From: Octopus sinensis
Lineage: Eukaryota
Assembly (NCBI RefSeq): GCF_006345805.1
Contig: NC_043014.1
Span: 51,274,001 to 51,338,000 of the forward strand
Length of the DNA stretch: 64,000 bases
Reading direction: 5' to 3'
Shown: piece after piece, positions 12,066 through 24,531 of the stretch
Numbering within the stretch: the first letter of the stretch is position 1
How the letters are laid out: the number at the start of each line of letters is the position of its first letter
Notes under the pieces: model-generated
The model's input: the letters and a program-made list of their open reading frames with translations, nothing else
Database searches by the model: none
Told to the model about the DNA's origin: nothing
Position numbers and translations under genes: made by a program

Positions 12066-12469
12066 CCATGCTGTTTGCGTGTGTTGCTGTTTATTTGATC
12101 TGCTCACTTCTAGCCGCCGTTAAACAACCTTTGATATCATCCTCCTTCTGAGTTGCTGTTATTATAGGTTTATACACATGAGAACAGTTTGGGGTAAAAC
12201 ACAAACATACAACAACACTTCTGTCGTTGTAGCGTGCCATTCAACCTTTACATCTTTAGACTCCTCCATTTTCACAAAACCGCTCTCTCCATCTTCTTCT
12301 CAAACTCGTCTTCTTTCTCCTGTCCTTTTACACACACCACACACACACAACACACACCACACACCACACACAAACACACACACCACACACACACACACAC
12401 CACCACACACACCACACACACAAACACACACACCACACACAAACACACACACACCACACACACACAAAC

Positions 12470-12504
<35 letters not shown>

Positions 12505-12605
12505 CACACGTATTTGTGTGTCTGTGGCTTATCGTCTGCTTCACTCAAATCTCCCTATTACTTTCCCCTACGTCATTCTTCTCTATTTGCAGGCATATTA
12601 ACGAA

Positions 12606-12945
12606 CATATACGTATACACATATATACTTACATACATACACATGCATGTATATTTACGCACATATACGCATACACATATATACTTACATACATACACAT
12701 GCATGTATATTTACGCACATATACGCATACACATATATACTTACATACATACACATGCATGTATATTTACGCACATATACGTATACACATATATACTTAC
12801 ATACATACACATGCATGTATATTTACGCACACATACGTATACACATATATACTTACATACATACACATGCATGTATACTTACGCACATATACGTATACAC
12901 ATATATACTTACATACATACATACATACACATGCATGTATATTTC
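12606..12945. repeat. 56-bp minisatellite, ~6 units
   Basis: Unit CATATACG(T/C)ATACACATATATACTTACATACATACACATGCATGTATATTTACGCA. Confidence 0.9.
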
Positions 12946-13681
12946 GTTATCGTCTGCTTTTCTTCATTCCCCTCTCCTCACTCTTACACTTCCTCCCACT
13001 CTTTCTTTGTTCAAGCATCTTTTTGCTATCGTCTGCTTTTCTTCATTTACACAAACCTCTCTATTACCCGCTCCTTTTACTCTCGCGCCCTCGCACTCTC
13101 TCTCCCTCTAACTCTCCCTATATATTTTCTACAGCATCTGCTTTTATCTATGTATCGAACTCTTACTTAATCTTTCTATATCTCTCCATTTCTTTCTCCG
13201 CTCCGCACTCTCTTCCCTCCAATCTTTCACCTTTTCGCCATATTTTTCTCTCTTTCTCATACTTCATATTTCTTTGCCTTTCCCCATTTACTATATCTTA
13301 CAATTCTCTCCCATTTTCCCTCTCCTCATCTCATCTACTGCATCTTTTCTATCATTCTACTTCTCTTCGATTCCTCTCATACCCCGCCTTTTCATCTCGA
13401 TCTCTCCTTCCTCCTCCTCTCTCTCTCTCACTACCATTTTCTCTTTGTTTCTTTGCTTCACATTTGTTTATTTTCTTTTAATCTCGTCTCAGAAATCTTT
13501 CAAAACAACATCTCTAAAGGCTGACTCTGCACTCAACAAATACGTCTACCCTATCATAAATAACCGCACACACGTGCACAGATACACAAGGATTTCTCCA
13601 CACATGGGTGCACATATGTGTCACTAACAGGCATTCTAACATATACCTATATGTGCATGTATATATATGTGTATGTATATG

Positions 13682-13728
<47 letters not shown>

Positions 13729-13804
13729 GTGCATATACATACACATATATACAGTTATCGAAGCTGAGTTAGTTTTAAATTCCTACAGCTTATACTTACA
13801 TTCT

Positions 13805-13841
<37 letters not shown>

Positions 13842-13848
13842 ATATATA

Positions 13849-13886
<38 letters not shown>

Positions 13887-14733
13887 TTTATAATTTATAA
13901 ATTTAACCTTAAAAGGTATTTTTTGATACTATATATATAATTTCTGCTTACTCTGTTTCCACTGCAAAGAAATCGCTTTTAACTATTTGCCTCTCCAAAG
14001 CGTATATATATATATATATATATATTAAGGTATGTAGAAAAATACAACATGGACAAGAACGTATAACGCAAGAAGACGACACAATAAACACGGACAGGAC
14101 ATTCGAAACCCTCAGTATATATATGTGTGTGTGTGTGTGTTTGTGTGTGCAATGTATTGGCTACACACGCTCGTTCCCCCATAATTCACTGTTCATCCTG
14201 AAAAGTGTACTATTCACCGTGCGATAATGAAAGATTCCACGGTTTGCAGCGTGAAAAAAAAACCCCCAAAACCCAGAAAACTGTAACGCGTACCAAAGAG
14301 AAAAAAAGCAGCGTAATTAATTTGATACTATAAGAAAGAAACAGTTTTATTTTCAGATCTTCGCATCTGTTATAATCTTTCTCTCTCCAAACTTGGATCT
14401 GGCAGACAACCACCGACTAATTTCGAGGTATTTGAAGCATAGTTTCAGCACACATATATTTATATCCGTTGTTTCGTTTCTTTTTTTTCGTTACGTAACG
14501 CTAAGACATGTAAACAAACGAATTCCTGCCTTACTCTGTTTTCACTGCAAACAAATCGCTTTTAACTCTTTGCCTCTCCAAAGCGTATTCATAAGCCTGT
14601 CCGAAACGTCCATTCTTGTTTTCAGACTTTTAGTTCGTCCTTGTTTCATATGTTCTCAGTTGAGTAAATCTTTCCTTTCATAAGTCCTGAGTTACTGACG
14701 TGATTGATAAGAAGTGGGTATGTATATCACGTA

Positions 14734-15108
14734 TCTCTCTCTTTATATAAACGGCAAAATGTCTGTCTGTGTGTGTGCGTGTCCTTTATACAAATCCACA
14801 ATTTTTCAGTTAGAGGGATCGCACTTTCTATGGTCATTCAAAACCGTCCAAGGGTGCTCGTGCACATCTTTACATTTCCTCAGTCACTCCGCAAAGCCAT
14901 TAAAAAAATCAATAGAAGTGACATTTTTGTGAATTTTCTATCCAAAACCCAATCAAAATGCCCGAAACTTGATACGCCAATTGAATGCCAGCTAGCTGTA
15001 TGTGATTGGTCGGAGATTTGGACAGTACTCGCGTGTATGTGCGCACGCACGCAGCTGTATATGCATGCACTAGCACTATGACTCGGCAACGCCGGGTCAT
15101 AATGCTAG
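14734..15108 (+). mobile_element. non-autonomous Helitron
   Basis: 5' TC(TCTCTCTTTATATAAA), GTCT microsatellite, 3' hairpin GACTCGGC-AAC-GCCGGGTC then CTAG; inserted between A14733 and T15109. Confidence 0.88.
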
Positions 15109-15169
15109 TAATATGTAAACGCCTGAGAATTACGTTCTTTGTGATACAGAGGACAAACTAGGGATTAAA

Positions 15170-16270
15170 TCTGTTGTTGGGGATCTCGGATTAAGAGGAT
15201 ATAACTCTGTTGTCATTAGTGCATGTATGGTGTACGTTCTAGGTTTGCTTGTTCCAAGCATTTTAACAATTTTGTCCAGAACGCCCATGCTTGTTTCCAG
15301 ACTTTAAGTCAGCCGTTGTTTCGTACATTCTATATAATATAACGCTTTCCTTCCATAAACCCCAAATTACCTCGCTGGTTCAAATAATTATTACTGTGTT
15401 TCATATACAGTGCTGCATGAATGCCAGGGAAATGTGTCACGTGCGTCACATGTGATACACTGGTCAAGCAAATGGCTGAAACGTAATTCTCTATTTGTCT
15501 TCAAGCCGTGCTTCCTCGTGGTTTGGATGTCTTTCTTTTTCTCACGATCATAATGCTGTAGGTTCAATCCTTCGACTAGGTGGTACAATGTCTGCTTGAG
15601 CAAGAATTTTCAAGTTATTCTAACCTATTCAATAGAAAATGTGTATTTGGTTTCAGATCCTGAAAAAGCCCTTTTGGTCCAAAGAGTAGCGTGGTTAATT
15701 ATGTCTACTCGCAGTTCCACAGGCACCTAAAATAGTTAACGAAAGAATGGTGTACGTTACTAAGCCATACTTGCAGTTGATAGCTGTTTCTTTTTAATAT
15801 ATGTGTCACTTTCTTGAAGAAACGGGTAAAAATTTCACGGAAATTTGCTTGTTACTTCTTGCATTTGTATAAGCTATCAACATGATTCTTCATTTCGTGA
15901 AATTCCTTATGCTGAAGTTATCAGATATACTTTAAAAGAAATAATTTTGTCCAGCGCGCGTGTTATTATTACTGGCAGTAATACCCTCTCAACACACAAA
16001 ATAATATTTGTTTCCGCTCATTCTAAATGTTTCGTATTAATGAACACACCGTATTGTTAGGAAAGGTTTGATAAATATCCCTGAACAGTACTCAATACCG
16101 AGTACAGAGCATAGGCAAGAACTTTCGTTAAAACCGAACAATGCACCTGATTTTTCAGTCAGCCATTTTGAGCAGAAAAATAAACAAAGTAATTATGGTA
16201 TGTTAGCATTTCAGTCGCCTTAGTAACGGTTTTCATACCTGCAGTTAAATTGCTGTACGTGTTCGGTACA
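15170..16270 (-). pseudogene. highly decayed Ty3/Gypsy pol (RNase H end to integrase) relic
   Basis: Ordered remnants across frames on minus: KVLAYALYS (~ADALSR), NIILCVERVLLP (~GxRxVIP), MKNHVDSLYKCKK*Q (~CxxCQ), LDQKGFF (~SDQG), YH..LVEGLN (~YHPQxNGLVERxN), KIVK..KPRTYTI (~PRSY). Manual reading only. Confidence 0.55.
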
Positions 16271-16639
16271 TTAATATTCATAGATCGCCTCGTAGAAATT
16301 AACCCCCCCCCACACACACACATACTTTACTATTAAGTCTTTTGCTAACTTCCTGCAGGTAGAAATATTTTCATTATGTTTATGACTTTCATAAACACTT
16401 ATCATTGAGTTCGTTTTACACGCACGCACGCGCGCATACACATACACACACGTACGTGTTTGGAGAGAGATAGAATGTGTGTATTTGTGTGTGTGTGTGT
16501 CTTGTGGATATAATTGTATAATAGATTCGCATGAATTTGTATGTTTGTATATAAATGCGTATATTATATGTGTGTGAGTGCGTGTGTATATGTAAGTAGT
16601 TGTGCACACACACTTATCACATCCATATAAATACAGATT

Positions 16640-16671
16640 AATACACACATATATATATACAGATACATAAA

Positions 16672-16713
<42 letters not shown>

Positions 16714-16725
16714 CACACACATATA

Positions 16726-16778
<53 letters not shown>

Positions 16779-16915
16779 ACACACATATATGCATATATAC
16801 ATATATATATATATACACACACATATATGCGCATATATATACATATATATACACACATATATGCACACATGTGTATGTATACATATATATTATATATATA
16901 TACATACATAAACAT
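16640..16915. repeat. (TA)/(CA) compound microsatellite
   Basis: Seen directly. Confidence 0.9.
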
Positions 16916-17584
16916 GCGCAAACTCGCACGCATATTCACATATAACCAAAATCACATTCGCGTGTGAACCTACACACACACACTCATGCGCATCAACACA
17001 CACACACACACACAACACGACCACAGGCACGCCTATCGCTCGCAAACCATCAATAAAACTATTAATGCTAATGCAATCTTTCTTTTCAACTGACCTATAA
17101 AGTGTGTTGGCATCGAGTTTTATCATTCGCCATTTCATAGCTGATAACGTGAGCGTATCACCGCTAAAATGGCGTCGAGGCAATCCACCGTACCGCTATC
17201 AAAAACAGAACGAAATGGCCTCAGCACTATTATAAGCTGTGACTCACTCTTCAACACCTTACATTTACCAACAAACAAATCTGAGGTCTCTCTTTTTTTC
17301 ACTTACCTTCAACCTATTCAATTTATATTCTAGCTAGTCACCCATTTCCTAGCGCAGCCTTTTGTTGTATATCTTGCCACCTTTCTATGTTATCTCACCT
17401 CGCAGACTGTAAAAACTCTTTGTTCCTAAAACCTGCAACGCTCTGGGATACTAATACATTCAGTTTTGGTATTATCGCTGTTGTTATTGTCATTGTTAAT
17501 TCCCTTCATGTATATTTTTGGATGAAAACTGCTGCAAACACAGTTTTTCGCTTTTGTCTGTTTTGTAATATATTTTCATCGGTT

Positions 17585-17892
17585 TTACACCTTGGCTTTT
17601 AAACTGGCCTTACCAGGCCCAAACATTCTATACACTTCATGTTCAAACCGGCCAGATTGGGCCTCTCACACCTACTCTTACTTTTACTTGTTTCAGTCAT
17701 TTGACTGCGGCCATGCTGGAGCACCGCCTTTAATCGAGCAACTCGACCCTGGGACTTATTCTTTTGTAAGCCCAGTACTTATTCTATCGATCTCTTTTGC
17801 CGAACCGCTAAGCAACGGGGACATAAACACACCAGCATCGGTTGTCAAGCAATGCTAGAGGGACAAACACAGACACACAAACACACACACGC

Positions 17893-17957
<65 letters not shown>

Positions 17958-18250
17958 GACGGGCTTCTTTCAGTTTTCGTCCACCAAATCCACTCACAAG
18001 ACTTTGGTCGGCCCGGGGCTATAGTAGAAGACACATGCCCAATGTGCCACGCAGTGGGACTGAACCCGGAACCATGTGGTTGGTAAACAAGCTACTTACC
18101 ATGCAGCCACTCCTACCACGTAATGTCATTCGAAAAATATACAATTATTCATTAAAAATCTCGAAGCTACGAGAAAAAGCATGGCCAATAAAAACTAATT
18201 TGAAAAACATGAATATATTTGACAAAGTATTCCGAATACTGAAGTGTTAA
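17585..18250. mobile_element. probable TTAA-ended MITE interrupted by a family A SINE
   Basis: 3' part (AATGTC..AAATCTCGAAGCTACGAG..TTTGACA..GTTAA) resembles 36605-36740; CCTAC flanks the nested SINE on both sides. Confidence 0.5.
17680..18114 (-). mobile_element. SINE family A, near full length
   Basis: Little-diverged copy with internal (CA)/(TA) tract. Confidence 0.93.
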
Positions 18251-18935
18251 ACAGAACGGATCCATTTCAGTTTCTATCTAACAACCCAAACCTGTTCACA
18301 GGGCTTTATTGATCTCGAGGCTAAAATAAAAAACCGCTTGTAAAAGCTGCCCAATGTCACGAGATTGGAAAGCAGGCTGCTCACGCATGCGCCTTGTGTA
18401 CGACACTACATATGTTATGCTAGGAAATAGTTTTAGATCCTCCAAAGCCTGTGTCTGCAAACGTAAATTAGAATTTCGTAAACTGTAAATAATCTATGCA
18501 GTGCATAGGGGTAATAATATGTGTGGGCGGCGCTGGTGGAAACGGTGAGGTGTCCTCACGCAGGAATAGAAGAATGCGATAATATATTCATTGGTTCATT
18601 ACAATTCTTTGTGCTTAGTTTACCAACATTGTGCATGCAATTAGCAACAGCCCACTCCAAGACGTATCGCTTTCACAGCAATACGAAAACCAGGGAATCT
18701 CATGCCAACCAACTTCTGCAATGCTTTCAAATTGTTATCAGCGGCGTTTAGTAGTTCCATACATCTATCTCTCTCCCGCTCCCTCTCTCTCTTCATTCCC
18801 TTGCTCTCTCCTTCCCTCTTCTCTACCTCTCTCCTACATACTACTCTCTTTCTCTCTCTTTCCTCTTTAACCCACTCTCGTATGTGTGTGTGTGTGTGTG
18901 TGTGTCTGTGCATATATATATATATTCTATTCTAT

Positions 18936-19322
18936 TTGTTTCAGTCATTTGACTGCGGCCATGCTGGAGTACTGCCTTTAGTCGAACAAATCGACCTGAG
19001 GACTTATTCTTTGTAAGCCTAGTACTTATTTTATGGGTCTCTTTTGCCGAACTACTTAGTTATTGGACGTAAACACACCAGTATCGGTTGTCAAGCGATG
19101 GTGGGGGTCAAACACACACTATGTATGTATGTATGTATGTATGTATGTATGTATGTATGTATGTGTGTATGTACGGCGGGCTTCTTTCAGTTTCCGTCAA
19201 CCAAATCCACTCACAAGACTTTGGTCGGCCCAAGGTTATAGTAGAATACACTTGTCCAAGGTGCTACACAGTGGGACTGAACCCGGAGCCATGTGGTTGG
19301 TAAGCAAGGTACTTACCACACG
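18936..19322 (-). mobile_element. SINE family A
   Basis: Same family; internal (TATG)n. Confidence 0.92.
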
Positions 19323-19465
19323 AGCACATCCACATGCATTCCGAAATGCATGCACGCACACACATACTTCTGTATTTATATTTCGGGTGTATGTTTGTTT
19401 ATCATATCTACCTATTTCGATATATGATTTGTTTCTTTGATTATCTCTACCTTCTCTTTCTCACC

Positions 19466-19501
<36 letters not shown>

Positions 19502-20794
19502 TCTTCTTCTCTCTCTCTCTGCCTGTACACACACATCTCATTATATCGGTTTATCTAGCTATAGCTATTTTATACTTTCCAATTTAGCTCCGAAATATAT
19601 CCTCATACACGAAAATAGTTTGCTCTCTCTAAGTCTCCTCCTCTCTCTCTCTCTCCCTCCTCCTCTCTCCCAGTATCTCTTATTTCTCTTTCTCACTCTC
19701 TCCTTCCCCGAAACTCTAACGTACTCCCACTCATTATTACAATCTCTTTCTTGTCCCCTCTCTCTCCTCCACTCTCTCTATCAGTCTTTCATATTCTTTC
19801 TCTATCACCCTTTCTGGAATTCTAAGGGACCCTCACTCTGTATCTCAGGCAATCCCTCTTTTCTCTCCACTCCCCCTCCCTCTATGTTGTTTTACAAATT
19901 TTCACCTACCATACTTATATCTTGTTTCAGCTTCGTAAACTGACGGTATTTTTACCGGTTTAACTACACAAACTGCAAAAATAAATAAGGAAACAAAACA
20001 AAACAAAACATAAAACAAAACAAACAAAAGCAGACGATATTGAATTTCGTCCCTTTTCCCGCTCTCCTCTCTTCCACTTTACCTCCGCCATTTGGTTCAG
20101 TTTTTAAAAACACCAAAGCCCTTCTCTCTCTCCCTCACTCCTTTTACATTTAACATCGACCGAACATCTATTTATTTATCAACGGTTAGTCATATATATA
20201 TATGTATATATATCTTCCCAATTACACCGTTTCTTGTACGTAAAATTCTGCAAATTAACAACTCTTCTGCACTTCGTATTCTCTTTTGTATCATTCTCTC
20301 TCCTCTGCGTTCAGTTTAGATATTTGTCTGTTCTTTTTGCGTGCAATTATTTAGCTCAGCAAATGTTCGCACCTTCACTCTCGTTTCTCAACCGCCAATT
20401 AATACACTAAACACACACTCACATTCCACACTCTACCTCACGTTCACTCACACTTGTAAATGCTCACTCTCTCTCTCTTTTTCTCTCTCTCTGTCATTCG
20501 AATGCAGCTTTCTCTTCCACAGTCGTTTAGACATGTTCTACCTTTATTTCTCACTCACACAAACATACATACTCCACCACAAACACACTCCAGTTCATAC
20601 ACATACGGATGCACGCTCACTCACATTCGTATTCTATCTTTATGCCATACTTTCACCCACCCACTCACTCCTTCTCTCTAACATCCCAGCACCACAAACG
20701 TACACTAATATTTCTTCCTTGTAGAGACACAGGGCGGAGCGGGGTGGTGGGGTTAATCGATTACAGCGATTCTAGTGCTTAATTAGTATTGATA

Positions 20795-21262
<468 letters not shown>

Positions 21263-21322
21263 TGGCAATCTTGCAGCTGAGTGTTATATACGGGTGGGGG
21301 TTTAAATGGTTTACCCTTCATT

Positions 21323-21473
21323 TATACGGCAAATAAAGTGGAGAGGATACAAAATGGACAGACATCAGCCGATAAACATATGTCTGTTTATTTATCGGAA
21401 TAAATAGACACACTGGAACGTTTACCGGTTGATGTCTGTCGATTTTGTATCCTCTCCACTCATTTGCCATATA
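21323..21473. repeat. ~150-bp fold-back (palindromic MITE or hairpin RNA)
   Basis: GGCAAATAAAGTGGAGAGGATACAAAATGGACAGACATCAGCCGATAAAC pairs with GTTTACCGGTTGATGTCTGTCGATTTTGTATCCTCTCCACTCATTTGCC; TA on both flanks. Confidence 0.9.
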
Positions 21474-21909
21474 CATATACATATATATGTATATATACAA
21501 TTCGCACCTGCGCGTTTGCATGTACACAGCGCAGTTCACCGCGGATCGCAGTCGCAGTCGTCGTGGCTGCTTAGTAGAATTTCTGGTTGTTTCAATTAAC
21601 TTATCTCTTTCCGTATCCGGAACCTTCTACATAATTACACAATTAGATATGAAAGCACTGTCTGTGCACTTCCTAGAAATACCAAAAAAGAAAAAAATAA
21701 TAAATAAATAAAATGAAGTCCTGAGTAAATAAATCTATTCCTGTAAGCAAAACAAACATCTCTTCAGTATCTCTTCAGTATCTCTGAAGCAACCATTCCT
21801 GATGTTATTTTATTTAGATATTGTAGTGTATATCTTTTTTATGTACTACAACTTTCGTTCACGTCCACCGTTGTTTCAATTTATAGCTGAACTTTAAAAT
21901 GTCCTGATG

Positions 21910-21968
<59 letters not shown>

Positions 21969-22451
21969 GAGTGAGAGAGCAGTGTATGCCATCAAAGTGA
22001 CACTGGGGTAAAAATATACGAAGCCCAATATACCCATCATGACTACCCGTCTGATAAGGGTACGCCAGGCACATGCATCACAACCATATGTGCGCGACAT
22101 GGTGATCTCATATGAAGATAAACAGCACATGACCTTGCAGCTGGGGCCCAGTTAGAAATTTCTTCAGGATGAGTAGCCCATCCCGCTCAAAAGGTCCCTG
22201 AATAAGGGTTGTTTAAGGATGTTGAAAGAACCACCCATGTTTCCAGAGGTGAATTATTCAAACCCCAAAGAATCCCTCTCAACACATGGCTATGATGCTC
22301 CCCCACTACTTCTGCTCGTGATTTAGAGATGCACATATCGTCAGCCACTAAGGGACATGCTCAACTGGTTAAGGTCAAACAACTGACAAGCAAATCTGTG
22401 GTACTGAGCAGAATATTTGCTGTAGCCCATCTTTTATACCAAGACAAAACA
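21969..22451 (-). mobile_element. 3' portion of a (TAA)n-targeting R4/Dong-like non-LTR element
   Basis: (TTA)n on both sides; the first ~230 bp match 60382-60610, which adjoins an R4/Dong-type RT relic. Confidence 0.7.
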
Positions 22452-22473
22452 ATTATTATTATTATTATTATTA

Positions 22474-22716
22474 GGGCGGCGAGCTTTGCAGAATAGTTAA
22501 GCACGCCGTTATTTCGTCTGTCGCTATGTGCTGAGTTCAAATATCGCCGCGGTCGATTTTGCCTTGCATCCTTCAAGTACCAGTTCGCACTGTGAATCAA
22601 TATAATTGATACGATTCCTTCGCCCAAATGTGAGGCCTTGCACTTCCAGTAGAATGAATTATTATTAATTCAAATTCCTCCGAGGTCGACTTTAGCGTTC
22701 ATCTTTTCGTGGTTGA
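22474..22716 (+). mobile_element. SINE family B plus a partial second unit
   Basis: GGCGGCGAGCTTTGCAGAATAGTTAAGCACG..GAGTTCAAAT..GGTCGATTTTGCC. Confidence 0.75.
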
Positions 22717-23249
22717 TTTTTTTTTATTTAGAAAAAAAAATTAATAAAATGGTTAAGAAATTATATAAAGAAAATATTACAAGTTTCGATGATGAATCTC
22801 ATCTTATCAAATATCATTAGAAATTTATAAAAACAGTTTATCTTCTGTGCGGAGTCAAAATGGCCTAGTATTACCTGATCATAAAACATTGTTAATTCAC
22901 TGACGACACGAAACTCTGTCGCACCTGGTGTCTCATTATAATTTATTGAAAGAAGTGACTTCGGCGTACTATATTTTCTTGGACTCAGTATATATATATA
23001 TATATAAAAGTACAAAGTAAGATAGGGGTTATGAGTGTAACCCACTATGGGATATCATTTATCCATTTTATATGTTTTATTTTTATGGTATTATCTTACT
23101 TATTGATGTATATTGTTTTATTCAGTCTTATTCTGTTGGATTTGGATGTTCCTATTTAATCCAAATAATTAGTTAATAAATTATATGAAATGGTATTATC
23201 TAGAAGTTGATCATTGAAAGAAATCTATTCCTCCATTTCCTTATTTTGG

Positions 23250-23280
<31 letters not shown>

Positions 23281-23288
23281 TATATATA

Positions 23289-24497
23289 TTTGTCTTTCTT
23301 TTCCGGAGAGATAAAAGGCTAATAGATAATTCACAGAGATTAACAGCAAGATAAGCTAGTTGATAGGAGCGAAAGGCTAAGGTTTTGCTGAGAGTGCACG
23401 AGCCATCTGGGTTGTGATAGGATTGTTGTTGGTAATTATGATCTTGAACAGAAAAGGCGCACCGCTAGGAATCGAACTCACGACCTGTAGATCGCGAGCC
23501 GATTACCGTAACCACTGTGATACGCACTTTCACGGCAGATGTCTGTAGGGATGAACTGGATGTTATTGAATGGTAGATGCAGTGATGATGATGATAGCAA
23601 AGGAACCTCTTCTTACTAAATTGCGGAGGTAGAATTACCAGGCATGGGGTAGAAAGGGCTCCTTAGCCGCAGTGAAGGCAATCTATCTAGGGAGATAACC
23701 TTACAATAAATCACTGGGTCCGTAGCTTAGAAATACTGGGTTGACGTCCAGCGGGAACAGCTTTGTTTCATGGAGGAGGAAAGATCTTCTTTAGTACTTG
23801 GTTGTACAATGCTTTCCAATGTGTGTAGTAGTGGCGCGCGCACACATTATTAGCCATTTGAAAAGACTATGAAAGTCTCGACCACTGTCGAACAATGATG
23901 ATGATGATGATTACCAGGCATACTTTCTTTCGAATTATCCACGAAGGAATTGAAGAAAACGGACGAAAATAGAGAATAACGTTTTAAACGTGATTTCTTC
24001 AGTGGTTTCGAGGAGGTAGTTACGTAGATATAATTTTGTTTTCATATACTTCTCGTACGTGAATAACCACTGCGGATATATATATATAAATATATAACAG
24101 AGAAAAACTATGCTATGAATACCAGAAAATTAGTCGGTGGTTGTCTGCCAGTTCCAAGTTTGGAGAAAGAATACAACAGACGACGTTTCTCTGTAAATAA
24201 CACTTCTAAGAAGAAGAAGAAGAGGAGAAGGCGGAGGAGGAGGAGGAGGAGGAGGAAAGAAAGCAGAAGCGTTAGAGGTGCTTAACACGGTTAAGATGTT
24301 GGCAGGTGCATATATGCTCTGTCATGTGTGTAGAAATAGCGAAACTGAAGACTAAATAAATATTAGCAGTTATTCCATTCCATGAAGACGTTGGTAACAT
24401 TTCTGTTGAGTGGTACTCGGTGACTAACAACTTATATATTAATCATTGCACGCCTGCTGCCACACACACCACACCGCATACACACAGAGTATATGTA

Positions 24498-24531
<34 letters not shown>

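Noticed and set aside
14357-14427. Possible exon (TTTTCAG ... GAG/GTATTT)
   Set aside because: Splice-like signals are common in AT-rich DNA; no recognisable peptide or partner exons.
22896-22925. Hammerhead CTGACGA-CAC-GAAAC-TCT-GTC
   Set aside because: No stem II and no stem I pairing.
23450-23535. tRNA gene on the minus strand (also 50213, 63560)
   Set aside because: A/B boxes belong to SINE heads; no complete cloverleaf.
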